DNA of 64,000 nucleotides, taken from the NCBI GenBank assembly GCA_033442325.1, contig JAWQFM010000003.1:1-64000 (forward strand). The letters run 5' to 3'. The notes beneath the pieces are model-generated. The model was not told where the DNA came from and did no database searches. It saw only the letters and a list, made by a program, of their open reading frames with translations. Positions 1-22,678 of this stretch are shown here, piece by piece (the stretch's first letter is position 1; each line of letters begins with the position of its first letter). Origin of the DNA: Salpingoeca rosetta (lineage: Eukaryota; Protista; Choanoflagellata). The position numbers and the translations under genes were made by a program.

Positions 1-453
1 CAGGTTCGGGCGCAGCGGTCCTGTCTTGAGGACCACCGTCGACGTCCTCCAGTCGATGTCAGGGTTCCAAGTCTGCAGCCAGGGCATGCCGAGAAAGGCG
101 TCGAAGCTGCCCAGCTGACACAGGGTGAACACCAGTCGCTCCTGGTGAGTCCCAATGCGCAAGGTCACTTCCTGCGTGTCGTCCTTGCTGACATGCCTGG
201 TTCCATTGGCGAAGACAAACTCCACTGGGTACTGGCGTGGTTGGACGGCGATTCCATGGCGAAGGGCGTAGTCTCGGGACAGGACGTTCATTCTGCTTCC
301 GGGGTCGATGAGGGTCCTAGCCGGCCGGCCGTCGATGGTTCCACGGAAGGTAAGGAGGCGTGCCTGTGATGTCACTGCATCCGTGGCTTGCAGCAACACC
401 GCCTCCGTCTCGCCAGTAGGGCTGGCGGGCCCTACTGGCGCGTGCCGTTTCCC
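1..453 (-). CDS. pol: Ty3/gypsy pol, N-terminal part (retropepsin aspartic protease), in the -1 frame relative to gag; continues off the window start
   Basis: Manual translation from the slippery site is open to base 1: ...RLLTFRGTIDGRPARTLIDPGSRMNVLS...FDAFLGMPWLQTWNPDIDWRT. LIDPGS is the protease active-site motif, and LGMPWL..NP.IDW is typical of chromovirus-type proteases. Confidence 0.92.
399..453 (-). promoter_or_regulatory. Programmed -1 ribosomal frameshift signal (G GGA AAC, 6-nt spacer, 12-bp stem-loop, possible pseudoknot)
   Basis: Minus-strand GGGAAAC at 453-447 in gag frame, spacer GGCACG, then perfect stem CGCCAGTAGGGC/GCCCTACTGGCG (440-429 with 422-411). Loop CCGCC is complementary to GGCGG at 403-399. 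Confidence 0.85.
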
Positions 454-1283
454 GACCGACGGTCGCTGGCGTTCAGCGGACAGTCGGCGGCGAGGTGGCC
501 TTCGCGTCGGCAACGGAAGCAGGCGCCACGGCGCCGAAGCTCGTCGCGCTCTTGGTCAGTCAGTCGGCGGAGGGGGCGCTGGGCACGGATGGCGTCGATG
601 TCCATGGCGCGGTCGTCGAACTTAGGTGGCTGCGTCGGGGGCGCTCCACGGCGGTAGGCCGAGTTGGCCGTGGTGTAGTTGCGATCGTAGCGTGAGGCCA
701 GTTGGTAGGCCTGCTCCAGAGTGTCGGGTCCGTGGAAGGAGACTTCCTGGCGGGTGCGCGGCCGCAGTCCGTGGATGAAAGCTTCAATGCGGTCCAGGCG
801 TGACATGTCGTCGATCTGCACCATCAGCTGTCGGAACTTGAAGACGTAGTCCTGCACGTTGCCGTCTTGGCGCAGTCGACGAAGTTGGTCCCGCAGTTGG
901 CGTTGCTCATCGATGGTCTTGAAACTCGCGCGGAGTTGCTCCTGAAGCTCATGCATGTTCGTCGGAGCTGGATCGAGGCTGCGGTACCAGGTGAGGGCGT
1001 GCCCTTGCAGGCAGGAGATGGCAAGTAGCAGGCGCTGGTCGTCGTCGTCGATGCGATGGTACCTGACGAAGGTTTCCAAGCAGAACAGGAAGTCGTCAGC
1101 TCGTTCGCCCGTTGCACCCGAGAAGGTCGGTGGTGGTGGCCCGCGTGGTCGACCGGTAGATCGCGTTGGTCCTTGTGGTCCCTGCTGAGACTCATGCACA
1201 GCGTGGTTAAGTTGTGCCGCTTGCGCCATGGTCTGTGTAAGCACACGCATGTGCTCAATCATCTCGTGCCACTGTTCCTCCAT
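432..1283 (-). CDS. gag: Ty3/gypsy Gag (capsid plus CCHC zinc knuckle), 283 aa
   Basis: PPPTFSG...LQGHALTWY...LRQDGNVQDYVFKF...FIHGL capsid pattern, AMDID motif, and zinc knuckle CFRCRREGHLAADC. Confidence 0.95.
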   Translation of the reverse strand: MEEQWHEMIEHMRVLTQTMAQAAQLNHAVHESQQGPQGPTRSTGRPRGPPPPTFSGATGERADDFLFCLETFVRYHRIDDDDQRLLLAISCLQGHALTWYRSLDPAPTNMHELQEQLRASFKTIDEQRQLRDQLRRLRQDGNVQDYVFKFRQLMVQIDDMSRLDRIEAFIHGLRPRTRQEVSFHGPDTLEQAYQLASRYDRNYTTANSAYRRGAPPTQPPKFDDRAMDIDAIRAQRPLRRLTDQERDELRRRGACFRCRREGHLAADCPLNASDRRSGNGTRQ

Positions 1284-1324
1284 GTTGCTGCTTGTCCGTG
1301 GTACGTGTGTGTGTGTGTGTCAAT

Positions 1325-1332
1325 CGCTACCA
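1325..1332 (-). promoter_or_regulatory. Primer-binding site TGGTAGCG (initiator tRNA-Met type)
   Basis: Minus-strand TGGTAGCG lies 2 nt after the LTR 3' end (...GTCACA). It matches the iMet-type PBS of yeast Ty1/Ty3. Confidence 0.75.
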
Positions 1333-1334
1333 AG

Positions 1335-1835
1335 TGTGACGGGACTGTGGTCGAGGTGTGTCGGTGGCTTGTTCTGTGTACTGATGTGAAGTAAACCAGG
1401 GAACAAAAGAACTGAACAAGGCACAGACAATCACGTGAGATAAGCGACAACAGGGTGCAGGGCAACACACACGTGCTAGCAGGCAACAAGAGGGGTGCTT
1501 GTGGTTAAGCAAGGGGGAAAACAAGAGACAAGGGCAACAGACGTAACACAGCATGCAGGCATGTGTCGTGCCGTCATCTTAGTTGATGACGGTACCGTGC
1601 CAAGGGCTCGGGATCGCCGCCGAGAGGCAAGCAGTTCCGAGGCACTGGGCACGGCGTGACACGACACAGGCAAACGCTACTATACGACACTCACGAGTTA
1701 AACATGACGTCAATCAGGCTAAACATGACATCAAACATTAGGAGAACAAAGAACATGCAAGGCAGTACGGTGCCGCGAAGGGCAAGGAAGGGAAAACAAT
1801 GGGACACAGCGGGGCAAGGTGCAGGGAACGGGGAG

Positions 1836-1887
<52 letters not shown>

Positions 1888-1916
1888 GCAGGGGGAGGCA
1901 GGCGAGCGACGTTACA
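1335..1916 (-). mobile_element. 5' LTR of the gypsy element (about 582 bp; contains a (GA)n tract at 1839-1885)
   Basis: Minus-strand ends are TGTAACG...CGTCACA (TG..CA, imperfect inverted termini). It is bounded by the PBS on one side and by an abrupt switch to copia RT coding sequence at 1917. Confidence 0.8.
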
Positions 1917-2909
1917 AAGGCCATCTCCAAGCGCTTCAAGATGAAGGACCTGGGCAGCCCAGACATATGTCTCGGCATCAAGGTGCAGCACAACCGCAAG
2001 GCCAGGACCGTCACCATGAGCCAGGAGCACTACCTGCGCAACGTGCTGGAGAGCTTCGGCATGGCTGACTGCAAGCCTGTCGGCACGCCGCTCTGCACGG
2101 GCTACGTCGACAAGCCAGCCGACAAGGAGGAGCCACTCCCGGACGTGCCGTTCCGCGAGCTGCTTGGCTCCCTCCTCTATGCTGCGACGATGACGCGCCC
2201 AGACATCTCGGCGGCTGTCTCCATCCTGTCTCGCCGTATGCAGCACTTCGGCATGGACCACTGGAAGGCTGCCAAGCACCTTCTTCGCTACATCAAGGGC
2301 ACCTTGTCCTACACCATCAAGTACGCCGCCACTGGCGACACCGGCAACGGCAGCACTGCCGACGGCGTGCTCTCAGCGTACTCGGATGCGTCGTTCGCCT
2401 CCGACGTTGACACGCGACGTTCCCGCACGGGCTTCGTCGTCTTCTGTTCCACGGGCCCCGTGTCCTGGAACTCCAAGCTGCAGGCCACCGTGGCCACAGC
2501 CTCCGCCGACGCGGAGTACATGGCTCTCGCAGCCACCGCACAGGAACTCATGTTCCTTCGCCAACTCCAGGCGGAGCTCACCGGCGCCGTCCTGTGCGAG
2601 CCCACGCTCGTCCACACGGACAACCAGCCGGCGCAGCGCGTTGCCGAACACGCCGCCTCGCGCATGCGGCACATCCTCGTCAAGTACCACTACATCCGCG
2701 AGTGCGTCGACACCAAGAGGATTGTGCTGAGCTACCTCGCCACGGAGCACATGATCGCAGATCTCCTCACGAAGATCCTCCCTCGGCCCAAGACGGCTCA
2801 GTTCTGCACGATGCTGTTCGACCAGCGTCCTCTGCCAGGCTGCCAGCCACGGGCCCGTCCTCATTCGGGTCGGTCGCCACGTCCTTCGACTCCGCGTCAG
2901 GACCTCTGA
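1917..2909 (+). mobile_element. pol: Ty1/copia pol, C-terminal part (RT end plus RNase H), interrupted by the gypsy insertion
   Basis: KRFKMKDLG, FRELLGSLLYAATMTRPDIS, HWKAAKHLLRYIKGT, YSDASFASD..RRSRTG, VSWNSKLQ..VA...AEY, TDNQ, RHILVKYHYIRE and MIADLLTK are copia RT/RNase H motifs. Confidence 0.95.
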
Positions 2910-3123
2910 GCGGCCGCGCACCACAGGACACGCCTTCACTCGGGCCAGCCTTCCACAACAGGCTGCGCACCACAGGCACCAACCATTTTCTTAAACGTGT
3001 TTCACAACACACGCCCTTACTCACATCTCACCTACATCTGCCCATGCCATTCCAACATGCATGACATCACCATCACCATCAATCACGTTTCAGAACATCA
3101 ACGCAACAGAGAGGTAGGTCAAT

Positions 3124-3565
3124 GCGGGGGAGTGTTGACAGGCAAGTCCTGTCTGCTGAGTCATCATTGACCTCCCTTCTTCACGACACCACAAATTTGC
3201 ATTCACCTCTCTTGTGTTCTGGAATGTTCACGTCATTTCCCTCCAACCTGTTGCACGTGCAGTGTTTAGCTTGTGTGATTGCTCGATGTTACATGCTCTT
3301 GCATAACACACCACATAACCACACAACTCTCAACAAACACTGCCACGTCACCACTTTGCGTTGTCGACAATTCTTGTCTTGTGCTCTGTTTCTTTCTGTT
3401 GGAGTGTTCATTCATCCTACATCCTTGTTTGCTTCACAACTCAAGTAAACACACACAACTTCCTCTTGCCAAGGCAATCTCCCACACAACACACAGCACA
3501 CACAGCACACACAGCACACTCTGCACACACAGCACACACACACACACACACACAAGTCTCCAACA
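3124..3565 (+). mobile_element. Copia polypurine tract (3124-3132) and 3' LTR starting TGTTG at 3133; right end uncertain (CAACA at 3335 or 3565)
   Basis: GCGGGGGAG is immediately followed by TGTTGACA, the typical copia PPT/LTR junction. There are two candidate inverted termini. Confidence 0.65.
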
Positions 3566-4816
3566 ACAGCACCACCACCATGAACTTGCAACATTTACTA
3601 CTCTTTTCACACGTCTTTCGTGACCGAGCCTTGTCGCAAGTCTTTCACAACTTCTCACACCTCATCCCAAATTACATTGCTCCGCAGTGTTGCATTGCTC
3701 TTAGCAGTATCCTTTGCTCTTGGCTTGTTTGTTGTCACGCTACGTAGCAACCCTCCTTTGTTTTGTTTTCGTTTTCCTCTGTCTAAAGCCCCTACGGCTT
3801 TTGCTCCCGTACTCGTGTTTCTCCCTGCTTGTTCTTTCTGTGCACTCGCTCATGCCCTTTTGTGCGAGTCTCTTTTGTCTTGTTCATTCTTTTGTTTTAC
3901 TGTTTGTCTTCGACAACGACCACAGTACACAGTCCATGATCTTACAGTTGTAACACGACAGGTGTGTGTGTGTGTGTGTTTACTGTAGGCAAACGCAACA
4001 AACAAGAACACAAGGAGAATGAACAAGCACAACAAGCTGCTGCCAAATCAACTCGGGCAGCACGCTCAAACGAATACAAGACAAGTGCACACACAGAGTC
4101 AACAGAGCTGCCAAGGCGACATGGCAGAGAGTGCACGAACACGAACAGTCTAAACAACGAACAGCATGCATACATGCGCGCAGAGCAATGCCAGGCATGG
4201 CATGAATGCTTGCAGGCAAGCATACACAACAGACAACACTTCACAACACTACATGGCACGAAGGCATGGCATCCGCCAAGCATGACGGGCATGCACACAC
4301 ACACAAACACGGGAAGGAGGAGAGGAGAGGCAGTTGGCACACATGCATGCCAGCAGAGAGGAAGGAATGTTTGCAAACGGAAAAACCACAAAGCAGGTGT
4401 TGTTGGCAAACAAGACAAAACCACATGAGAAGGCAAATTAGGAAGGACTCAACACAAAACAGAAACTCACTGACTCTCAACAAGTAGGAACGGCGAGCGT
4501 GTTGTGAGCAAGGGCAACAGTAAACAAGTGACTTGATCTGAACAAAGGGGGACATAATGAATAAGGGGTGTCCCGAACGAAACGAACAAGGAAGAGTTGT
4601 TCGCGTTTAGGATGTGACGAAGTGAATGACATCACTACAAACACCCTCCCCTTTTTCCTTCCTTGTTCAGTTCACACAATACTCGTTCATTCTCCAACGA
4701 ACGACTGGAATACAAAAGCAATTTTCACCAAAACACGCAACCAACGTAAGCGAAAAACATCAACCAAAACACTGTGACATGGTGTTGTTTCTGTGCCAGG
4801 CGCGAGTCAGCGTCCG

Positions 4817-14731
<9,915 letters not shown>

Positions 14732-15149
14732 GATGACGTCGTGAGATGCTGACAATGGCAACAGGAGATGCTGACGATGGCAACAGTCGTGAGTTGACGT
14801 ATGTGAGACGAGCCGATGGTCCTTTGTTGCCGTGTGAAGCCAATCACAAAGCACGTGGTATGCTGTGCAGTGCTGTGTATGGTGTGGTTGCTCGCTCGTC
14901 CTGGCTCAAGTTCACGGCGACCGAGGAGAGTGGGGAGGTAGGTAGGTGGAAGAAGAGAGAGATATCCTGCAGATCCAAGCAACAAGATGTTGGTCAAGCA
15001 GGTGGGTGGGGGTGTGCTTTGTTGTCGTGGTTTGGTTTGTCGTGGAATGATTTGAATGCTACGCTGGATTGTGGTTTTTTTGTGGGATGATTTGATGCAC
15101 ATCTAACAGGTGGTGCAAAAACGGTCAGCGAGCAAACAGCACAACAACA

Positions 15150-15362
15150 ATGACGAGGGTGGATGCGGCGTGGGTTGAGGCGGATGAGGATGGCTTGCCC
15201 CGCAGTGAGACGTTCAGTGTGTCTGAGCGGCGGCTGGGCCCAAATGGAACGGCTGTCATGTCCTGGTGCCCTCGCATGGACCTCTTGGCCATCGGAACTG
15301 CAGCAGGCAGGGTGCGTCGCCTTGTTTGTTGTGTTTTGTGCGCGTGTCCGTGTGCATGTGCA

Positions 15363-15395
<33 letters not shown>

Positions 15396-16880
15396 ATGCG
15401 TGTATGTATGGGGCTGTGTGTATGTAAATGTGCGTGTGTACGTGTGTGTATGTATGGGGCCGTGTGTATGTAAATGTGCGTGTGTACGTGTGTGTTCGTG
15501 TATGTGCATGTACATGAATGTGTACTTGTGTGTGCATGTGCGTGTATGTGTGTGCTTGTGTGTGCCTCGTGCACTGTTCGCCCTTCTGTCTCTGCCTCTC
15601 TGTCTCTGCCAATCTCAGTGTTGCACACCACTGTGACCCTTGCCCATCATCCGCTTCCTCCTCTCTTCTTGTACTTCTTGTACTTCTTGTTCTTCTTGTT
15701 CTTCTTGTTCTTCTTGTTCTTCTTGTTCTTCTTGTTCTTCTGCCTCCTTCACCCCCTTCGCTGCTACGCAGGTGTGCTTGTATAGGCACATCTGGCAGCG
15801 GGTCTGGACGGTGCCACCCGTCGAGGACGGTGTTGCTGTCACGCACCTTCACTGGCGTGAAGACGGCAAAGTGTTGTTGGTGGCGTACGGGAATCAAACC
15901 GCCAGGCTGTACGATGTGGAAAAGCCAACTCTACTTCACACCCTATCTCTGGACGGGAACGTTACCTGCTGCGACTGGCGAACACACCAGGTGGTGACCC
16001 CCCCCCCCAAACCAACATCACATCAGCCAATCTATCTCAACAGCAACAACACCAGACAGACATGCCACTGTGCGTGCGTGCGTGCGTGCGTACGTGTGCG
16101 TGCGTGTGTGTGTGTGTGTGTGTATGTGGATGTGTGTATGTGGATGTGCTTGTGCGTGTAATGGCTACAGGGAAAGCGACACAGGCACACAACCACTTTT
16201 CATGTGCACTTATTACAAGTCACATCTCGCTTCGCGCATGCACTGCCTGCAATACGCACACCCTCTCAAGCATGCATCACGCACACCCTCTCGAACATTC
16301 ATCACGTTCACCCTCACACGTTCACTGTGGTTTGTTTGTTAGATCAACGTACGTGACGAGAACGGCAGCAGAAACAGCAGCGGTCGCACACAGCAGGACG
16401 AACCTCCTCTGCGCATGCTGAAGCCAGACAGAGCGCCGTTGACCCTGCGCCGCTTTGCACCAAAGTGTGAACCCAACCAACATGCTGTGTGTGTGTGTGC
16501 GTGCATGGCTGTTTGTTTGCCTGTGGCCATGGGTCTCTTTCTGTCTTTCTCTGCCCCCCTCTCTGACTGTGCTTCTTTCTTCTTCGTCTTCCTGGACACG
16601 TGAGCAAGGAGCGCTGCCATTGTACCCCAGCACATCTGGTGCTCAACTTCAGCGTGACACTTCCATACTGGCTAACTAGCACGCACACACACACACACAC
16701 GCCAACACACACACATACATACACATGCACATACACATACACATACACACACATACACACACACACGCCAACACACACACACGCCAACACACACACACAC
16801 ACGCCAACACACACACACACACGCCAACACACACACACACGCCAACACACACACACACGCCAACACACACACACACGCCA

Positions 16881-16911
<31 letters not shown>

Positions 16912-18541
16912 TTTGAGGTGCCATCAACGGTTGAGGGCGAAGAGTTTGTGGATGACACCGACCCCGCCGCGGCCACAGATTCGACATTCAATCTCCTCGC
17001 TGTGGGCACAGGTGGGAGCAGCGTGGTTTGCCGACAAACAAACAAAACCAACAAACACATACACGCACACTCACCCACTAAGAGATGCAGACACAAGGTG
17101 CGTCACTTGTGTGTTTGTCTTTGCAATTTTGTCTAGACTCACCATGAACAACCGTCTCGACACACCCCAACATCACATGCCCTGACACGCCAGACGCCGG
17201 AGTTGTGCTGCTGTTTGGTTGCGGTTTTGTGCTCCTTGGTCACTTCAATTGCTCGGAAACAGGTTTGGTCTGGCCCCTGTACTTGCTGCTGTGTATTTCA
17301 AACTCCCGTCGTGGCCGTATGTTCGCCTGAACTCCCTCACACGCGCAGACAGAATACGCACACATATAGAGGCACAGACACAGACACAAACACAAACACA
17401 ACCACAAACACAACCACACACACAACCACACACACACAGACACACACATACACACACAACCACACACACACAGACACACACACACACACAACCACACAAA
17501 CACACACACACACACACACACAACCACACAAACACACACACACAACCACACACACACACATTCTCTCTCTCAAGCCGTTCCTGTCGCCCCATGTGCTGCG
17601 TCGTGCGCTCAAACCTGCAGATCGCGGAAACATTCGAGGTTTGTCGCTGTCGTTTGAATCTGCATCTCTGGCCATCACCCACGACGGCGCAGACAACAAC
17701 ATCGTCACCCAACAGGTCTCCACCACCACCACCGCCGGGCTGCCCATTACAAGGAATCTCACGGCTACCGTGACCTGCCAGTGCAGTCTGTGTGATACTT
17801 CTCGACTGCGCGCACACACTCACCAGCTCCCCTTTCTCCCTGTCCGTCTCTCTGTGTCTCCTCCTATCTGTCTCACTCACTTTGCGCTGTGCATTGCATC
17901 CTCTCTGAAATGACATTCATCAGGTGTCACTCGAGGGTGTGTGCAGCAACGTAGAGGAGATGCTCAGCTTCTGCGTCGTGCAACGTTCTTGTTCTGCGAC
18001 TATCAAGGTTCGACACCAACATGTACTTGCTGTTCCTGAGTCTTTGCATCTCCGAACCAGCAACCCCCAGCGCACCCTGCGCCATTCATTTGTTCTCTGC
18101 AAGTCTCCATTGAAGAAGACAGCGCTTGTTGTTCACTCCAACATGCGTTTCATCTATTTCTGTGCCAAAACTGTCATCGCTTGTAGTATCTGGAGTGCAC
18201 ACTGGAGTGCATGAAGGCCACCTGGCACTCGTTTCTGCTTGACCTCGACGACAGGTTCTCCGCCTTCCTCAGGGACACCGCGGTAGGCACGCCATGCATG
18301 CTGTATTTTCTCTTGCGAAGGGAACTGCGGTTTCCACCACATTTGCCGCGACTGGGTGTGCAGGGTGTCGTTGCCATGTTCATCAACAACATGTTGCTGA
18401 CGAATTGCACGTGCTGTTGTGTGCTTGTCTATACGGCCCTCTAGCCTGGGGTGAAGCTGCACGATGAGCTTCTAGTTCTCCTCGTCACGGGAACAACGCA
18501 GAGGTACCAAAGCCACAACCCTGTCGTCCAACCAACCACAC

Positions 18542-18572
<31 letters not shown>

Positions 18573-19089
18573 TATACACACGCACATTGGAGCTTTGCGC
18601 ATGGTTGTCTGAGTTGGTTCGCGATGCCTCGCCATATGCGCTCGTCGCGACTCACCCATCCACACATGTGTCGCATCCCGTGCTGCGCCCTTTGTGTTGC
18701 GACTGCGTCAGCCTTGAGCTGCAGGCGTTTCTGACGCGGGAGCTTGGGCGGCGGTCGCTGCAGAATATGGTCACCGAACTCAGGGACTCCTTCATTTCCC
18801 TGGAGGAGGTACTGTGCTGTCGGCGCATGCATGCGCAGACACAAAGGATGGGCAGCCCAAGCAGACATCACATACACACACCACGTCAATCATGCTTCGG
18901 TCCTCCTCATTTGTGCTCTCCTCCTCCTCCTCCTCCTCCTCCTCCGCTTCCTCCGTTGGGCGACAGCAGAACAGGAGTAGAACGTGCTGTCTTGCACGCC
19001 ATGGCCGACACCGCACCAAAGGTGACGATGGGCGTCTCTTGACATGCCTGTGCCGCCGTTGTTGTGCAGTGGCCATGGTTCCTCACGCA

Positions 19090-19146
<57 letters not shown>

Positions 19147-19296
19147 TCTCTAAGATCCAGGCCGCAGCACGCGTACCAGACCAGTACCGCTAGAGTAAAA
19201 GTGAGGCTGTTAATGAATCGAAGGAACCCGCTCTTTGCTAAGACGGCGCGACGGTGGCTTTCGAAGTGTGTTCTATGCCTTCCCTAACCTCAATAC

Positions 19297-19359
<63 letters not shown>

Positions 19360-19559
19360 GCTGTTGTTAGGGGTGCACGGAGGAGGCATTGTGGCAGGTT
19401 GTCAAGGGCACCGTGGAGACGCCCGCGCCGTCCAAGTTCGATGTGGCGGCTGCACTCATGTTGCTCGAAGACGAGGTTTGTATCGAAGACAGAGCCACAC
19501 ACACGCACACACACACGCACACACACACACACAAGCACACACACAAGCACACACACAAG

Positions 19560-19627
<68 letters not shown>

Positions 19628-20358
19628 CACAAGCACACACACATACATACACACACACGCACACGCACACGCACATAGACGCAGACACACGCACATAGGC
19701 GCAGACACACGCACATAGACGCAGACACACGCACATAGGCGCAGACACACGCACATAGACGCAGACACATGCACATAGGCGCAGACACACGCACATAGAC
19801 GCAGACACAAACGTTGCGGTGCCCATTTCTTCTTGCCCCACGACATTGCCAGTCACACGTCAATGCCCGCTTACTTGAGACCCTCTCAATGTATGTTTAG
19901 GGTGCAGTTGTGTGCGATGAAGGCACAGGCATGTACAAGCTGAACTGCCCGGCGGGCGATGCGAACTTGAAAGAGGTTGAGAGGGTGGTGGGCACGTTGG
20001 GACGCCACGTGCTGGAACAATCACTCGTCGACGTAAGTCATCCGTTTGCATGTTGGTTTTTGTCCACGCACTTTGACTTACAACACACGCTGACTGTGTA
20101 CAAACGTTTACGTGTGTGTTTGTGCGTGCGTTTGCTTTGCTCTGGTCGTTTGGACAGTGCCTTCCTCCACTACAGACTGGGCTGCAAGACGTGTTGACGG
20201 AGAAGCAGACGCAAGTTAATGCGCATCTGCAAACCCTCTCCTCCCATCCTCTGGGCAGCAGGTGAGAGTTCCAAAAAACTGCGACTTTGGTATTGGCGCC
20301 ACACAACATGGTCAACGCCTTTAATTGTTTTCAATTAGAAGTCGGATTCTGTGTGTGC

Positions 20359-20408
<50 letters not shown>

Positions 20409-20702
20409 GTGTGTGTGTGTGTGTAGAAACAAGTGAAAATGTCACGTTTTTGGTTCAAAGCTGTTTTGTGAATTCGCTGTGCGCTCACTACGTTATCATT
20501 GGGTTGATGGCTCTGATGAGTGCCAGCACACCATCTGTTGTAGGAGCACGGGCGTGTATGTGCGACAGCACAGAAGGTGCGTGTATGTATATATCCCATG
20601 GTCGCTATATGATCGTTGTTCGTTGTGAACGGCGCGGCGCCCCTGCGAATGGGCAGAGAGAAAGGGCGGAGGCGTCTTCCTGAACTACATCTCATCGTGT
20701 AC

Positions 20703-20766
<64 letters not shown>

Positions 20767-20994
20767 CTTGTCCATGTGCGATCTCCACCAGTGCACCGCG
20801 TGCTGCTACTCTCTGCAACGCAACACGATGTTGTCGTTCTCGAACAAAGCGGCAGCGATGATCTTCGCGCTGCACGTCTGCAGTTTGGCGACGACATTGC
20901 GGTGCGGCCCAAGCTTTAGCTCTACTTGTGCTGGAGCCATGGATGGAGAGAGCGAGAGAGAGACAGAGAGACAGAGAGACAGAGAGACAGAGAC

Positions 20995-21025
<31 letters not shown>

Positions 21026-21955
21026 CAGAGAGACAGAGAGACAGAGAGAGAGAGTGTGTGTGTGCACGTGTGCGTGTGTGTGCACGTGTGTGTGTGTGTT
21101 TGAGGGCGAGTGATGACCGTGCTGATCCAATTGTTGTCGCCTGCTACTGTGATGTGTGCATTTGCACGTGTTTCCTCGCGGTCATTTCAGGTTTTGGCGG
21201 CGCAACTCTATGACGACGATCAAGTGGCAGCTGTGATTCAGCTTCGCCAACGTGCGTGCACAAGTGCATGCATGCGCTTGCACATGTGTGTTTGGTTGCG
21301 CGTGTATGCGTGTGGATGCGAGGAAGGCCATTGCACGCGCACTTGCGATCACCAGCAACTGATATTCGCAATGTTTCCTGGACTTTTATGTTCTGGTGCC
21401 GTGCAGAGGACCTTGTCTTCTGTCTCTTTGAGTACGCGGAGCATCTGGAAGCCATCACCGCTGACGACCTTCAAGGCCTCGACTCCCTCGACATTGCATC
21501 ACTCGATGACGTGTCATTCCGACGCCTGGTACAACGCTTGTCTCCTCGTGTTCTGCTCTCATGTCGTCTTTGCCGTGCTGGTCGTTGTGTCGTTGATGCG
21601 TCGTTGTTCTCTTGCCGTGCTCTTACAATTCATATATTCATATGTTCTTGTGTGCATTGCGTATGTGTTGTTGTTGTTGGCCAGACGACGTTGCCGTCAC
21701 CGTCGGTGTCGCTCGCAGTCGGTGCCGGTCGCCAACTTGGTGCCGTCTGCTCATCCAGGTCAGGGCGCGTGTCTGTGTATCTGTGTGTGTTTGTGTGCGC
21801 GTGTGTTTTTTCTGCCATGTGTTCTCAAACCCTGCCTTCTCTTGTTTGCATGCAGGGAGCACTTTGTGGTGCTTGATCTTGGCGCTGACGATGAAGACGA
21901 TGACGACGATGAGGAGGAGGACGAAGAAGGCGATGAGTCCGAATCTGACGAGTAG
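15150..21955 (+). CDS. ANAPC4: Anaphase-promoting complex subunit 4 (WD40 plus helical domain); multi-exon
   Basis: [18 protein letters not shown]|[16 protein letters not shown]...[17 protein letters not shown]...[14 protein letters not shown] matches the APC4 N-terminus. Also [18 protein letters not shown] and an acidic C-terminal tail ending in TAG at 21955. Some internal exons are unresolved. Confidence 0.88.
19671..19810. repeat. 20-bp minisatellite GCACATAG(A/G)CGCAGACACAC, about 7 copies, intronic
   Basis: Direct reading. Confidence 0.9.
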
Positions 21956-22204
21956 ACTGCAGTTGTGTAGTTGCGCACGGCGAGCTTGTGTAATTGGACC
22001 TCTCATGCCCAGCAATAAACAGCATCGGACAACCTTGATTGTGTATTTCTGCTGCCTCAAACTATCACGCAGTGCCCATCCCGTCTTCAGCACACACACA
22101 CAGACACACACAGACACACACAGTTACACAGACACACATCCACACAGACACGCACGGTTACACAGACACATACACACACAGTTACACAGACACACAGGCA
22201 CAAC

Positions 22205-22632
22205 TCAAGCCATTGTGGATTTGCTGAAGAGGTCAACTGTGATTGCGGAGAGAAAGGCGGGAATGGAGTGGAAACGGTGCAGATTCGCAAGAATGCGCTC
22301 ATCCAGCGATGCGGAGAATTGCGTTTCAAGGAGTTGCAGCCCTTGCGGAGACGAAGCAAAGAGGAGATAGTCATCGGCGGACTCCGCGTACATCGAGTGC
22401 AGCCGGTACCTTGAGGCTTGTACCACGTCAATCTGGTAGCCCAGCAGCTCGTAGCACGCTTCGCGGAACTCGCGCACGTTGTTGTTGAACACCTGAGTTG
22501 ATCGTCAGGAAACCCGTGCGCACGCATGGCGGAAACGGAGGGGTGCAGTCAGCTGTGCTACGCGCGAGCAAAATGGCAAAGGCGAAGTCACATTGCATGC
22601 ACGCACGCACACACACGCACACACACACACAC

Positions 22633-22678
<46 letters not shown>

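Noticed and set aside
1656-2909. 417-aa ORF as a single gene
   Set aside because: Chimeric. The first 87 or so codons are antisense gypsy LTR (including the GA repeat) that happen to be in frame with copia RT.
3733-3955. Possible solo LTR (TGTCAC...GTAACA)
   Set aside because: No target-site duplication and no second copy in the window.
15051-15056. TTTGAA (CHR-like cell-cycle element) upstream of ANAPC4
   Set aside because: A single 6-mer is expected by chance, and no clear matching element was seen at MAD1 or MNAT1.
19150-19300. Compositionally odd segment between two TG tracts in ANAPC4
   Set aside because: Probably low-quality sequence obscuring an exon; no TIR or ncRNA features recognised.
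19671-19810. Regular 20-bp repeats as a CRISPR-like array
   Set aside because: No unique spacers; an intronic minisatellite derived from CA repeats in a eukaryote.
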